Assembly: GCA_964570105.1 (NCBI GenBank)
Contig: CAZMWM010000002.1
Location: 1 to 58,013 of the forward strand
DNA from: an uncultured Lachnospiraceae bacterium
Lineage (GTDB): Bacteria > Bacillota > Clostridia > Oscillospirales > CAG-272
Direction of reading: 5' to 3'
Length of the DNA: 58,013 nucleotides
Part shown: positions 36,647 to 46,469 of the stretch, piece by piece
Position numbering within the stretch: the stretch's first letter is position 1
How the letters are laid out: every line of letters begins with the position of its first letter
Notes under the pieces: generated by a model
Database searches by the model: none
What the model saw: only the letters and a program-made list of their open reading frames with translations
Told to the model about the DNA's origin: nothing
Made by a program: the position numbers and the translations under genes

Positions 36647-37888
36647 ATGAAAAAGACTGTTTTGCGCAAATATGCCCGTCTCATAGCAGAGATCGGAGTA
36701 AATGTCAAAAAGGGACAGGAGGTATTGATCCGAGCCGAGCTTGACCAACCGGATTTTGTCACATATGTGGTCACCGAATGCTATAAGCTCGGCGCTGCAA
36801 AGGTCATGGTGGAGTGGGATCACCAGCCTCTGACCAAGATCAACACCAAATACCGTTCACTCTCCGTGCTTTCAAAGCTCGAGAAATGGGAGATAGCGAA
36901 GCTCGATCACCGTCTCGAGACCTTGCCCGCAATGATCTATCTGATCTCCGAAGATCCGGACGGGCTTTCCGGAATGGATCAGGCAAAATATCAAAAGGCA
37001 TCGCAAGCACGCTATAAGATCACAAAGCCCTATATCGACAAAATGGATTGCCGCTATCAGTGGTGTATCGCCGCAGTACCCGGAAAGGCTTGGGCAAAGA
37101 AGATGTTCCCCGAACTCAGCACGCATATGGCTGTCGAAAAGCTTTGGGAGGCGATACTTGATTGTTCAAGAGTCGGCACCGCTCTTGACTGCGATCCCGT
37201 CGGAAATTGGAATGCCCACAACAAAGAGCTTGCTCTGCGCTGTGACTATCTTAATTCGCAAAAGCTCAAGTACCTTGAATACAGCGCATCCAACGGCACG
37301 TCACTTCGCGTAGGGCTGATACCCGACGCGCTGTTCATGGGCGGCGGCGAAAATACTCTGTCGGGCAATTATTTCAATCCGAATATACCCACTGAGGAGA
37401 TATTCGTTACACCCAAGCGCGGCGAAGCAGACGGAATAGTATATTCCACAAAGCCCCTCTCTTATCAAGGGCAGCTGATAGAAAACTTTTCTGTCAGATT
37501 TGAAAACGGAAAAGCAGTCGAGGTACACGCAGAGAAAAACGAAGAGCTTTTGCAACGGATGATCTCGATGGATGACGGAGCCGCTTATCTCGGAGAATGT
37601 GCTCTCGTTCCCTACGATTCACCGATAAGCAACAGCGGACTTCTCTTCTACAGTACGCTTTTTGACGAAAATGCCTCCTGCCACCTTGCACTCGGATGCG
37701 GATTTATGAACTGCATCAAGGATTTTGACAAATACACCCCCGAGCAATGTCACGAAAAAGGCATAAACGAATCCATGATACACGAGGACTTTATGATAGG
37801 CACTCCGGATCTGAGTATAACCGGTCACACGTCGGACGGTAGGGATATCCCGATATTCAGTAACGGAAATTGGGCTTTTGAGGTCTGA
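36647..37888 (+). CDS. Aminopeptidase, peptidase family M29 (AmpS/PepS-like)
   Basis: 413 aa. The N-terminus KYARLIAEIGVNVKKGQEVLIRA... and the C-terminal HLALG...H.DFMIG motifs are typical of M29. Confidence 0.8.
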   Translation: MKKTVLRKYARLIAEIGVNVKKGQEVLIRAELDQPDFVTYVVTECYKLGAAKVMVEWDHQPLTKINTKYRSLSVLSKLEKWEIAKLDHRLETLPAMIYLISEDPDGLSGMDQAKYQKASQARYKITKPYIDKMDCRYQWCIAAVPGKAWAKKMFPELSTHMAVEKLWEAILDCSRVGTALDCDPVGNWNAHNKELALRCDYLNSQKLKYLEYSASNGTSLRVGLIPDALFMGGGENTLSGNYFNPNIPTEEIFVTPKRGEADGIVYSTKPLSYQGQLIENFSVRFENGKAVEVHAEKNEELLQRMISMDDGAAYLGECALVPYDSPISNSGLLFYSTLFDENASCHLALGCGFMNCIKDFDKYTPEQCHEKGINESMIHEDFMIGTPDLSITGHTSDGRDIPIFSNGNWAFEV

Positions 37889-37970
37889 GAAACATCATCT
37901 GCATATTTCCCCGTAAAGCGCAGGGGAGCTCACGTCTTTGCGGGGAATATCGGTATATGGAGATATACGT

Positions 37971-38765
37971 ATGCACACCGATATTGATATTGAAAAAATA
38001 ATAGCGCTACTAAGGAGCGCCGGAAGCTATACGCAGGATCGCTCAGGCGTCTCGGCACCTACCGCAAAAGGCAAAAACGATTTCGTGACGTCGACCGATC
38101 TCGGTATTCAGGAATATCTGAAAAATGAGCTTGCGAGCCTGATGCCTCACGTACGGCTTTACGCCGAGGAAAAGGGCGAGCAATGCGACGCTTCCGAGCT
38201 TAGATGGATACTCGATCCTGTCGACGGAACGACAAATTATATCCACGGACTGATGCATTTTGCGATATCGCTTGCGCTTGCAAAGGGTGATGATCTGCTC
38301 CTCGGGTGTGTTTACTGTCCCGTAACAGACCAATGCTTCTACGCTGTCAAGGGCAAGGGAGCTTTTGAGCGTCACGGCGGAACACAAAAGGCTATTCACG
38401 TCTCAAGCGTCACCTCTCTTTCCGATGCACTCGTCACGGTGGGAACGAGTCCGTATCACCGGGAGCTTGCGGACAGTAACTTCCGCATCTTTCGCGCCAT
38501 ATTCGACTGTACACAGGATGTCCGCAGACTTGGCTCCGCCGCTCTCGATTGCTGTTACGTCGCAGGCTCTACGGTCGACGCGTATTTTGAACGCAGACTT
38601 CAACCCTGGGATCACGCGGCAGGTTCGCTCATACTCACCGAGGCAGGCGGTACGGTAACAGACCTTAACGGTGATCCTCCGTCACTCAGCCATCCGAGCG
38701 ACGTGGTCGCGACCAACGGCTTCTTGCACGAAGAATTTATCAAGCTTATAAAGGACAGTATTTAA
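37971..38765 (+). CDS. Inositol monophosphatase family protein
   Basis: WILDPVDGTTNY and AAG...EAGG motifs. GGAGA RBS lies 7 nt before the ATG at 37971. Confidence 0.8.
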   Translation: MHTDIDIEKIIALLRSAGSYTQDRSGVSAPTAKGKNDFVTSTDLGIQEYLKNELASLMPHVRLYAEEKGEQCDASELRWILDPVDGTTNYIHGLMHFAISLALAKGDDLLLGCVYCPVTDQCFYAVKGKGAFERHGGTQKAIHVSSVTSLSDALVTVGTSPYHRELADSNFRIFRAIFDCTQDVRRLGSAALDCCYVAGSTVDAYFERRLQPWDHAAGSLILTEAGGTVTDLNGDPPSLSHPSDVVATNGFLHEEFIKLIKDSI

Positions 38766-38766
38766 A

Positions 38767-39960
38767 ATGAAACTCACTTACAAGCACACCAAATATGCTT
38801 GCTACTGCGCATACATATCAACAGCTATAACGAATAATCTCGCTTCACTGCTTTTTTTCACCTTCCAAACGCATTTCGGTATAACGAATACGCAGCTGGC
38901 GGCGTTGATAACGCTCAATTTCGGAACGCAACTTGTGGTCGATCTTCTCGGAGCAAGGTTTGCGGATAAGATCGGCTATCGCCCACTGCTGATTGTTGCG
39001 TGTTCCTCGTGCATCGTCGGCTTGCTCTCGATGAGCCTGCTGACCTTATACCTCCCCGGGCATTACGCGGGACTGTGCATAGCCTCCTTTATCTACGCTA
39101 TCGGAGGGGGACTCGGCGAGGTGTTGATAAGTCCGTTGATAGAAGCACTTCCCGGAGATGAAAAAGCATCCGCTATGAGTATGTTGCATTCGTTTTATTG
39201 CTGGGGCGTGGTCGGAGTAGTTGCACTTTCCGCCGTTTTTTTCGCCTTAGTAGGAACGGAAAGATGGTATATACTTCCGATACTTTGGGCTGTAGCACCG
39301 CTTTTCACGCTCATTCTGTTCTGTCTCGTACCGATAAGGACACTGAACGATGACGCTCCTTCTCTTTCCATCAAAAAACTCTTTTCCATAAAGCTCTTTT
39401 GGCTGATGGCGCTCCTTATGCTTTGTGCCGGAGCGGCTGAGCTTGCGGTATCGCAGTGGTCATCTATGTTTGCGGAAGCGGCTCTCGGAGTCTCAAAAAC
39501 TGTCGGAGACCTGCTCGGACCGTGCCTTTTCGGTATATGCATGGGAATTTCACGTCTCGTATACGGCAGGCTTGGAAATAAGCTCCCTCTGCTCGCCTCT
39601 CTGTGCCTGTCCGCCATCGTATGCTTCGGCGGGTATGCAATGATCTTTTTCGTCTCCGATCCTTACGTATCCCTGTGCGGATGCGGTCTGGTCGGTATCG
39701 GAGTCGGACTTTTTTGGCCGGGAATACTCAGTCTTTCATCGCAAAAGCTTCCGAGCGGAGGTACGGCTATGTTTGCTATGCTCGCTATGTTCGGAGATCT
39801 CGGATGTGCCTTAGGTCCGCAACTGACGGCGATCGTCTCGGAAGTCACGGGACTTCGAGAAGGGCTGTTTGCCGCATCCGTATTTCCTATCATAATAGCG
39901 ATATCAACGGCACTTATGCTTTTAAAAAAGAAATTTAAGGCAGATAACAGCTCTGTGTAA
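38767..39960 (+). CDS. MFS transporter
   Basis: 397 aa with about 12 TM segments. Its ATG lies 1 nt after the IMPase stop, which suggests translational coupling. Confidence 0.7.
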   Translation: MKLTYKHTKYACYCAYISTAITNNLASLLFFTFQTHFGITNTQLAALITLNFGTQLVVDLLGARFADKIGYRPLLIVACSSCIVGLLSMSLLTLYLPGHYAGLCIASFIYAIGGGLGEVLISPLIEALPGDEKASAMSMLHSFYCWGVVGVVALSAVFFALVGTERWYILPILWAVAPLFTLILFCLVPIRTLNDDAPSLSIKKLFSIKLFWLMALLMLCAGAAELAVSQWSSMFAEAALGVSKTVGDLLGPCLFGICMGISRLVYGRLGNKLPLLASLCLSAIVCFGGYAMIFFVSDPYVSLCGCGLVGIGVGLFWPGILSLSSQKLPSGGTAMFAMLAMFGDLGCALGPQLTAIVSEVTGLREGLFAASVFPIIIAISTALMLLKKKFKADNSSV

Positions 39961-39968
39961 AGCGTTTC

Positions 39969-40016
39969 AAAAACAAAAGGCAGGTAAGCGATGGAGCTTA
40001 TCCGCCTTTTGTTTTT
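39969..40016. terminator. Bidirectional terminator between the MFS gene and the AraC regulator gene
   Basis: 21-nt arms AAAAACAAAAGGCAGGTAAGC / GCTTATCCGCCTTTTGTTTTT (19 of 21 paired) with a 6-nt loop, and A/T runs on both sides. Confidence 0.7.
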
Positions 40017-40056
40017 ATGCCACGGTGTATGTCGAGACATTTCGAGCCGTACGCTT

Positions 40057-40926
40057 TCACTGTTGCTTTTTACGGTGCGCGTATTCGCTCGGTGCGGTAC
40101 CCGTGACCTTTTTGAACGAACGTGAAAAATAGTGAAGTGATGAAAAGTCGAGTACACCCGTTATCTCTGTAAAATTCATCGATCCGTTATTTATGAGACG
40201 CTTCGCTTCTTCGATACGCAGAAGATTTCTGTAATTCATCGGTCCTCCGCCGGTCTTTTCGTGAAAAAGGTGCTTGAGCTTGGAAATGCTCATAGAGCAT
40301 CCTGCGGCTATATCCGAAACGGAGATCTGCTCGGTCAAACGGTCTCGCAGATACGCCTCCGCCATGCGAAATTCCCGATCGCTCGAGCATTCGCGTCGGC
40401 TATGCGCTTCGGAAAGCTCGGGATGCGTTTCGTATACATCCATCAGAAAAAATTCAACGTGCTTTTTCAGACGCCACAGTGTATGGGTTTCCGTGCGTTC
40501 CGTCAAAAGCATTCCGCGCGCCTTGTCCTCCGGAGGACGGTCGCGAAAGCTATCGCATCCTACGGAGATTATTTCACCGAGCATCTGCCGCTGTGTCGGC
40601 GTCAAGGTTATAACGCGGTTATATAGCTGCGGCAGGATATGCGACACGGCGTTAAAGGTCAATATATACGCCGTTGCCGTACCGCTCGAGCGTTCCGATG
40701 TATCGTGATATGAATTCGGAGCGTATATCACCATCTGACCGGCACGCAATTCATACTCGGTCTCATCTATGATAAGAATATGCTCACCCTCGGAGAGATA
40801 GATGATCTCGGGAAATGGATGACTCTCCCCTTCTCCGTGTCTAAGCTTTGAAAGCTCCGGTCTCAGAACTGTATATATTTCGGTAACGGATAATGCATCC
40901 GTCATCAAAGTCCCCTTGTACTCCAT
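40057..40926 (-). CDS. AraC family transcriptional regulator (cupin sensor plus HTH)
   Basis: 289 aa with an N-terminal cupin-like domain and a C-terminal double HTH (ISVSDIAAGCSMSISKLKHLF... FSSLHYFSRSFKKVTGTAPSEY). Confidence 0.85.
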   Translation of the reverse strand: MEYKGTLMTDALSVTEIYTVLRPELSKLRHGEGESHPFPEIIYLSEGEHILIIDETEYELRAGQMVIYAPNSYHDTSERSSGTATAYILTFNAVSHILPQLYNRVITLTPTQRQMLGEIISVGCDSFRDRPPEDKARGMLLTERTETHTLWRLKKHVEFFLMDVYETHPELSEAHSRRECSSDREFRMAEAYLRDRLTEQISVSDIAAGCSMSISKLKHLFHEKTGGGPMNYRNLLRIEEAKRLINNGSMNFTEITGVLDFSSLHYFSRSFKKVTGTAPSEYAHRKKQQ

Positions 40927-41148
40927 CTTTCATCCTAAAAAATGTCCGTTTGTGCAAATCATATGACCGATAGGCTCAAGACAATAAGAAGCTTTTGTGC
41001 TACAATAAAGACGTCGAGGGATGATAGCGCATCCCCACGATCAATCTTATTATATCAAAATAAGCGCAAAAGTCAAGATATTTTTCGATAAATAACGAAA
41101 ATTCAAGCTTGACGTTTTGTGCGCCGAAAAGGCAGAAAGGATATCGGT

Positions 41149-42219
41149 ATGGAAAAACTCAAAATGGGACTTATCGGCTGTGGCGGAATGATGAGCGCAC
41201 ACGTAGCCGGAGTGCCGGACGTAGAAGGCGTCGAGATCGTTGCAGTATGTGACATTCTCGAAGAGAAAGCGCGCGAGGTCAGCAGAACGCTCGGAGGAAC
41301 GGCAAAGGTATACACCGATTTTCGCGATATGGTAGACGACGTTGATGCCGTTATGGTAGCGCTTCCTCACGACCTGCATTTTGAATGCGGAATGTTCTTC
41401 GCGATGCACAACAAGCACATTATGATGGAAAAGCCTCTTTGCAACACGGAAGAAGAGTGCCTCAGACTTATCGAGGAATGCGAAAAGCGCGACCTCAAGC
41501 TCATGTGCGCATACCCCGTCCGTTTTTGGTCGGGCGTTGCTAAGCTCAAGGAGCTGATCGACACCGGCGATTACGGCGAGATCATACAGATGTCTATATG
41601 GACGGAACAGCTTACCGGCGAGAATATTACGTACGGCGATCCGCAAAACCGCGATTGGTTGCTCACCGGACGTTTGGGCGGCGGACAGCTGTTCAGCCAC
41701 GGTTGCCACTACGTAGATCTTATGCTGTGGTTTTTGGGCAAGCCTGTTACGGGTGCGCACCTCGGCACAAAAAACGGTACTCCTTGGATGATGCGCGAAG
41801 GAACGAGCGCGTTAATTATGAAATTCGAAAACGGTGCGCTCGGATACCACGGAGCAACGTGGGGCGCACGCGGTACCCGTATGGCGTACGATTTCCAGAT
41901 CCAGACCGAAAAAGGACTTTTGGAGTTTGAAAATCAAGCCGGCGAGATCCGTTTTTACAACGGAAGCGGTGATCATATTCCGGGAGGCGGTCAGGAAAAT
42001 CAGCAGTATTCCGTGATCTGGAACAGAAATGCGGCGGCAAGCAAGGAAACCCAGCGCGAGCTTCGTCACTTCCTTGATTGCGTGAAAAATAACAAGACAC
42101 CTTTGACGAGCGGTCGCGTGGCGCTTCAGAGCCTCAGAGTGATCTGGGAGCTGTATAACGCCGAGAGAGAAGGGCGTATGGCAGATCTCCGCGGAATGGG
42201 AATACCGGATAACAACTGA
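41149..42219 (+). CDS. Gfo/Idh/MocA family oxidoreductase
   Basis: Rossmann N-terminus MGLIGCGGMMSAH, EKPL motif, 356 aa. The ATG at 41149 has an AAAGGA RBS. Confidence 0.85.
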   Translation: MEKLKMGLIGCGGMMSAHVAGVPDVEGVEIVAVCDILEEKAREVSRTLGGTAKVYTDFRDMVDDVDAVMVALPHDLHFECGMFFAMHNKHIMMEKPLCNTEEECLRLIEECEKRDLKLMCAYPVRFWSGVAKLKELIDTGDYGEIIQMSIWTEQLTGENITYGDPQNRDWLLTGRLGGGQLFSHGCHYVDLMLWFLGKPVTGAHLGTKNGTPWMMREGTSALIMKFENGALGYHGATWGARGTRMAYDFQIQTEKGLLEFENQAGEIRFYNGSGDHIPGGGQENQQYSVIWNRNAAASKETQRELRHFLDCVKNNKTPLTSGRVALQSLRVIWELYNAEREGRMADLRGMGIPDNN

Positions 42220-42260
42220 TCCCGCTTAAGCTCGATACATGACGGTCAGATAAATATTAC

Positions 42261-42317
42261 AAAGACTTGTACGCTTCGGATGCGATCGATATCCGCGGCG
42301 CACAAGTCTTTTGTTTT
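42261..42317 (+). terminator. Rho-independent terminator after the oxidoreductase gene
   Basis: 14-bp stem AAAGACTTGTACGC / GCGCACAAGTCTTT (one mismatch) followed by TTTTGTTTT. Confidence 0.6.
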
Positions 42318-42371
42318 ATTGCAAAAAATATCTCAAAACCTCGAACACGGCACTAACATCAGTATCCGGTG

Positions 42372-42416
42372 CATAAAATAATCCCCCTCTCGAAACGTTA
42401 AGCCCCGAGAGGAGGA
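42372..42416 (-). terminator. Rho-independent terminator after carB-dapF
   Basis: Minus strand reads CCTCCTCTCG-13 nt-CGAGAGGGGG (one G-U pair) followed by ATTATTTTATG. Confidence 0.55.
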
Positions 42417-42431
42417 TCGATATGACTGCGA

Positions 42432-45400
42432 TCAATATTGGAAGTCACCTTCGTAGATAAGACAGGCGTTACCGGTAAGAACGATACCGTCATCGGTGTA
42501 ATTTACTATAAGATCTCCGCCCTTTACCTTTACTGTAACGTCCTTTCCTTTTTCGAAGTATCCAAGCTCGCAAGCGACTGCCACAGCGGCGCAAGCGCCG
42601 GTACCGCAAGCCCAAGTCTCTCCGTTTCCTCTTTCCCAAACGCGCATCTTGAGCGTATTTTTGTTGACTACACGAACAAATTCCGTGTTTATCCGCTCGG
42701 GGAACGCCTTATTGTACTCAAACTTCGGTCCTATCCCCTCAACGTCCACTGCATCCACTTTATCACAGAATACGACACAGTGCGGATTTCCGACGGAAAC
42801 ACAGTTGATTCTGTATTCCTTTCCGTCGATGGTGAGCGGATAGTTGAGCACGCGCTCACCCTCCGCTTTGACGGGGATGCTTTCCGGAGCAAAGCTCGCC
42901 TTGCCCATATTCACCGATGCCGACGTTACCGTACCGTCGGAAAGATACACGCTTACGTCCTTTATACCGCTCGCGGTCTCTATCTGCATCACCTCTTTCT
43001 TTACGGTACCTTTATCGTAAAGATACTTAGCGACACAGCGTATGCAGTTCCCCGCCATCTTGCCTTCCGAGCCGTCTATATTGAATATACGCATCCTTGC
43101 GTCAGCGCACTCGGAACGCTCTATAAGCACCAGCCCGTCTCCGCCTATACCGAAATGTCTGTCAGCATAGGTGAGTGCGATAGACTCCGGACAGGTTATC
43201 TTGCCGTCGAAATTATCAATAAAGATATAATCGTTACCGCTTCCCTGCATTTTGCTGAAATGTATATTCTGACGCTCCGAGCGCATATCGTTGATATTAA
43301 CAAGCTCGGTATTACGCTCCGTGTACCGTGACGCGATTATATCAGCAAGTGCATTAGCAGTATCCAAGGACGTCAGGCACGCAATTCCGAGCTGTGTAGC
43401 GCGGCGATGGAGCTTTATAAAGTCCTCAACTGATTTTTTCTGTCCTATACCCGTATAGACGATGTAATTAAGCTTTCCGCTCTCGAGAAGCTCCATTATC
43501 TGATTGCTCTTTGAGAGGTTGTGAACGACGGTGACCTCAATACCGAGACCGGATATCTCGGCTGCTGTACCACGGGTGGCGTATATCTTCATCCCAAGCT
43601 CGTCAAGCTTTTTGGCAAGCTGTACGATCTCGAATTTGTCGGAGTCGGATACCGTGATGAACACACCCTTCGCGGCGTCGTCGGTATGATCGTAAAGCTT
43701 AAAGCCTGCCGATATCATACCCTTGAATATTGCCTCATTGAGCGTCTTACCGAGTCCCAAGACCTCACCTGTAGATTTCATCTCCGGACCGAGAGCCGAG
43801 TTCACGTCACTGAGCTTTGAGAACGAGAACACCGGGACCTTGACGGCGAAATACGGCGGCGTCTTATACAGCCCTGTGCCGTATCCAAGCTCTGCAAGCT
43901 TGTCTCCGACCATGATCCTTGAAGCGATATCCACCATAGGAACGCCGGTCACCTTGCTTATATACGGCACGGTGCGCGAGGCGCGCGGATTTACTTCTAT
44001 AACGTAAAGCTCTCCGCGATAGATAAGATACTGTATGTTAACGAGTCCCTTCGTACCGAGCGAGAGGGCAAGCTTAGTTGAGCAATCGACCACGGTGTGA
44101 CGCATCTTATCCGTCATATTGTACGGCGGATATACCGCTATCGAGTCACCCGAATGTATACCTGCGCGCTCTATATGCTCCATGATACCCGGAATGAGCA
44201 CATCCTTGCCGTCGGATATAACGTCCACCTCAAGCTCGGTCCCCATAAGATACTGATCGACCAAAACGGGATTTTCAATTCCCTGTGCAAGTATCAGAGC
44301 CATATATCTGCGTACATCCTCTTCGGTGTGCGCAATGATCATATTCTGACCGCCGATAACGTAGGAAGGACGGAGCAGCACGGGATATCCGAGTGTTTCG
44401 GCGGCGTTTAGAGCCTCCTCCTCGGTCATTACCGAAAGTCCCTTCGGGCGCTTGATGCCAAAGCTCTCAAGCAGAGCGTCAAATCTGCTTCTGTCCTCGG
44501 CTATATCTATTCCGTCAGCCGAGGTACCGAGTATCTTTATACCGCTCTCATCAAGGAACTTGGTAAGCTTTATAGCAGTCTGACCGCCAAATGCAACGAC
44601 CACTCCAACAGGTTGCTCGACCTTGATCACGTTCATAACGTCCTCGGGCGTCAACGGCTCAAAATACAGTCTGTCGGCAGTATCAAAATCAGTAGATACT
44701 GTCTCGGGGTTATTGTTGATTATAGCGACCTCGTATCCGAGCTTCTTCAATGCCCACACGCAGTGAACGGACGAGTAATCGAATTCTATTCCCTGACCTA
44801 TACGTATAGGTCCCGAGCCGAGAACGATTATGCAGGGCTTCTTGTGAGTGACTATCTCTCTTGCCTCGCATACGCTGTCGTGCGTGGAATAGAAATACGG
44901 TGTCTCAGCCTTGAACTCAGCCGCGCAGGTATCGACCATCTTGTATACGCAATCACGATGAGTCGGAAGCTCGTTTCCGCTTATACGGGCAAGAGCTTTA
45001 TCAGTATATCCCAGTCGCTTACCGCGAGCATATTCATCGGCGTCAAGCTTTTTGCCACCGATAGCTTTCTCATAATCAAGAAGATTTTTGATCTTATTTA
45101 TAAACCAGCGATCAATACGCGTTATCTCGTTGATCTTATCAACGGATACTCCGCGCTTGAGAGCCTCGTACACCGTGAATATTCTATGATCGTCAACATC
45201 GTGAAGCTTGGCTTCTATATCCTCCACCTCGCGTATCACAGGCAGGTCGAGAGTATCGACGGATATCTCGGCGCCTCTTACCGCCTTCATCAAAGCCATC
45301 TCAAATGTCGGAGCGATCGACATCACCTCGCCCGTAGCCTTCATAGCGGTACCGAGCTTTCTGCTCGCGTGAACGAACTTATCAAACGGCCACTTTGGGA

Positions 45401-46469
45401 ATTTTACGACCACGTAATCGATGGCAGGCTCAAAGCAAGCGTACGTAGTACCTGTAACGTCGTTCCTGATCTCGTCAAGCGTATAACCGAGAGCGATCTT
45501 GGTGGTCACCTTGGCTATGGGATATCCCGTGGCTTTGGAAGCAAGCGCCGAGGAACGCGAAACCCTGGGGTTCACCTCTATAACGGCGTAATTCATGCTG
45601 TACGGATCCAGCGCAAACTGACAGTTGCAACCGCCCTCGATACCAAGCTCCGTAATGATATCGAGAGAAGCAGAACGGAGCATCTGATATTCTTTATCGG
45701 AGAGAGTAACGGCAGGCGCGATCACGATCGAATCTCCTGTATGAACTCCGACCGGATCAAGATTTTCCATAGAGCATATGGCGATAGCGTCGCCGGCGGC
45801 GTCACGCATGACCTCGAACTCTATCTCTTTCCAGCCGTATATGTATTTTTCTATAAGCACCTGATCGATCGGTGAGAGCATAAGTCCGTTTTTTGCTATA
45901 ACGGAAAGCTCTTCAGCGTTATACGCGACTCCGCCGCCCGCTCCTCCGAGCGTAAATGCCGGACGGACTATTATAGGATAACCGATCTTTTCCGCGATCT
46001 CGAGCGCGTGCTCGACTGTGCCGGTCACCTCGGAAGGAATTATCGGCTGATGGAGCTTGTGCATGGTCTCACGGAACAGCTCTCTATCCTCCGCGCGATC
46101 GATGGCATAGGCGTTAGTTCCGAGCAGACGGACGCCCATTTTGTCAAGATATCCGTCCTTGGAAAGCTGCATAGCGATAGTAAGACCGGTCTGACCGCCA
46201 AGTCCTGCAAGTATACTGTCAGGTCTTTCTTTTTCGATTATACGTTTTACGGTCTCGCAGGTCAACGGCTCGAGATATATCTCATCCGCAAGAGCCTTGT
46301 CTGTCATAATGGTAGCCGGGTTTGAATTGACGAGAACTACGTTGACACCCTCGCTCTTAAGAACGCGGCACGCCTGAGCGCCGGCATAGTCAAATTCCGC
46401 CGCCTGTCCTATAACGATAGGCCCCGAGCCGATAACGAGCACTTTTTTAATAGAATTGTCACGTGGCAT
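42432..46469 (-). CDS. carB: Carbamoyl-phosphate synthase large subunit fused in frame to diaminopimelate epimerase (CarB-DapF)
   Basis: 1345-aa uninterrupted ORF. Residues 1 to about 1061 are a full CarB (KVLVIGSGPIVIGQAAEFDYAG..., second ATP-grasp half, MGS-like end). The last 284 aa are a full DapF (FSKMQGSGNDYIFID, GNCIRC, SVGNPHCV, ERGNGETWACGTGACA). Confidence 0.9.
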   Translation of the reverse strand: MPRDNSIKKVLVIGSGPIVIGQAAEFDYAGAQACRVLKSEGVNVVLVNSNPATIMTDKALADEIYLEPLTCETVKRIIEKERPDSILAGLGGQTGLTIAMQLSKDGYLDKMGVRLLGTNAYAIDRAEDRELFRETMHKLHQPIIPSEVTGTVEHALEIAEKIGYPIIVRPAFTLGGAGGGVAYNAEELSVIAKNGLMLSPIDQVLIEKYIYGWKEIEFEVMRDAAGDAIAICSMENLDPVGVHTGDSIVIAPAVTLSDKEYQMLRSASLDIITELGIEGGCNCQFALDPYSMNYAVIEVNPRVSRSSALASKATGYPIAKVTTKIALGYTLDEIRNDVTGTTYACFEPAIDYVVVKFPKWPFDKFVHASRKLGTAMKATGEVMSIAPTFEMALMKAVRGAEISVDTLDLPVIREVEDIEAKLHDVDDHRIFTVYEALKRGVSVDKINEITRIDRWFINKIKNLLDYEKAIGGKKLDADEYARGKRLGYTDKALARISGNELPTHRDCVYKMVDTCAAEFKAETPYFYSTHDSVCEAREIVTHKKPCIIVLGSGPIRIGQGIEFDYSSVHCVWALKKLGYEVAIINNNPETVSTDFDTADRLYFEPLTPEDVMNVIKVEQPVGVVVAFGGQTAIKLTKFLDESGIKILGTSADGIDIAEDRSRFDALLESFGIKRPKGLSVMTEEEALNAAETLGYPVLLRPSYVIGGQNMIIAHTEEDVRRYMALILAQGIENPVLVDQYLMGTELEVDVISDGKDVLIPGIMEHIERAGIHSGDSIAVYPPYNMTDKMRHTVVDCSTKLALSLGTKGLVNIQYLIYRGELYVIEVNPRASRTVPYISKVTGVPMVDIASRIMVGDKLAELGYGTGLYKTPPYFAVKVPVFSFSKLSDVNSALGPEMKSTGEVLGLGKTLNEAIFKGMISAGFKLYDHTDDAAKGVFITVSDSDKFEIVQLAKKLDELGMKIYATRGTAAEISGLGIEVTVVHNLSKSNQIMELLESGKLNYIVYTGIGQKKSVEDFIKLHRRATQLGIACLTSLDTANALADIIASRYTERNTELVNINDMRSERQNIHFSKMQGSGNDYIFIDNFDGKITCPESIALTYADRHFGIGGDGLVLIERSECADARMRIFNIDGSEGKMAGNCIRCVAKYLYDKGTVKKEVMQIETASGIKDVSVYLSDGTVTSASVNMGKASFAPESIPVKAEGERVLNYPLTIDGKEYRINCVSVGNPHCVVFCDKVDAVDVEGIGPKFEYNKAFPERINTEFVRVVNKNTLKMRVWERGNGETWACGTGACAAVAVACELGYFEKGKDVTVKVKGGDLIVNYTDDGIVLTGNACLIYEGDFQY

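Noticed and set aside
37909-37945. Alternative hairpins between the aminopeptidase and IMPase genes: CCCC at 37909-12 can pair with GGGG at 37923-26 or at 37942-45.
   Set aside because: The stems are short, there is no U-tail and no associated leader peptide or known motif. Evidence is insufficient for an attenuator.
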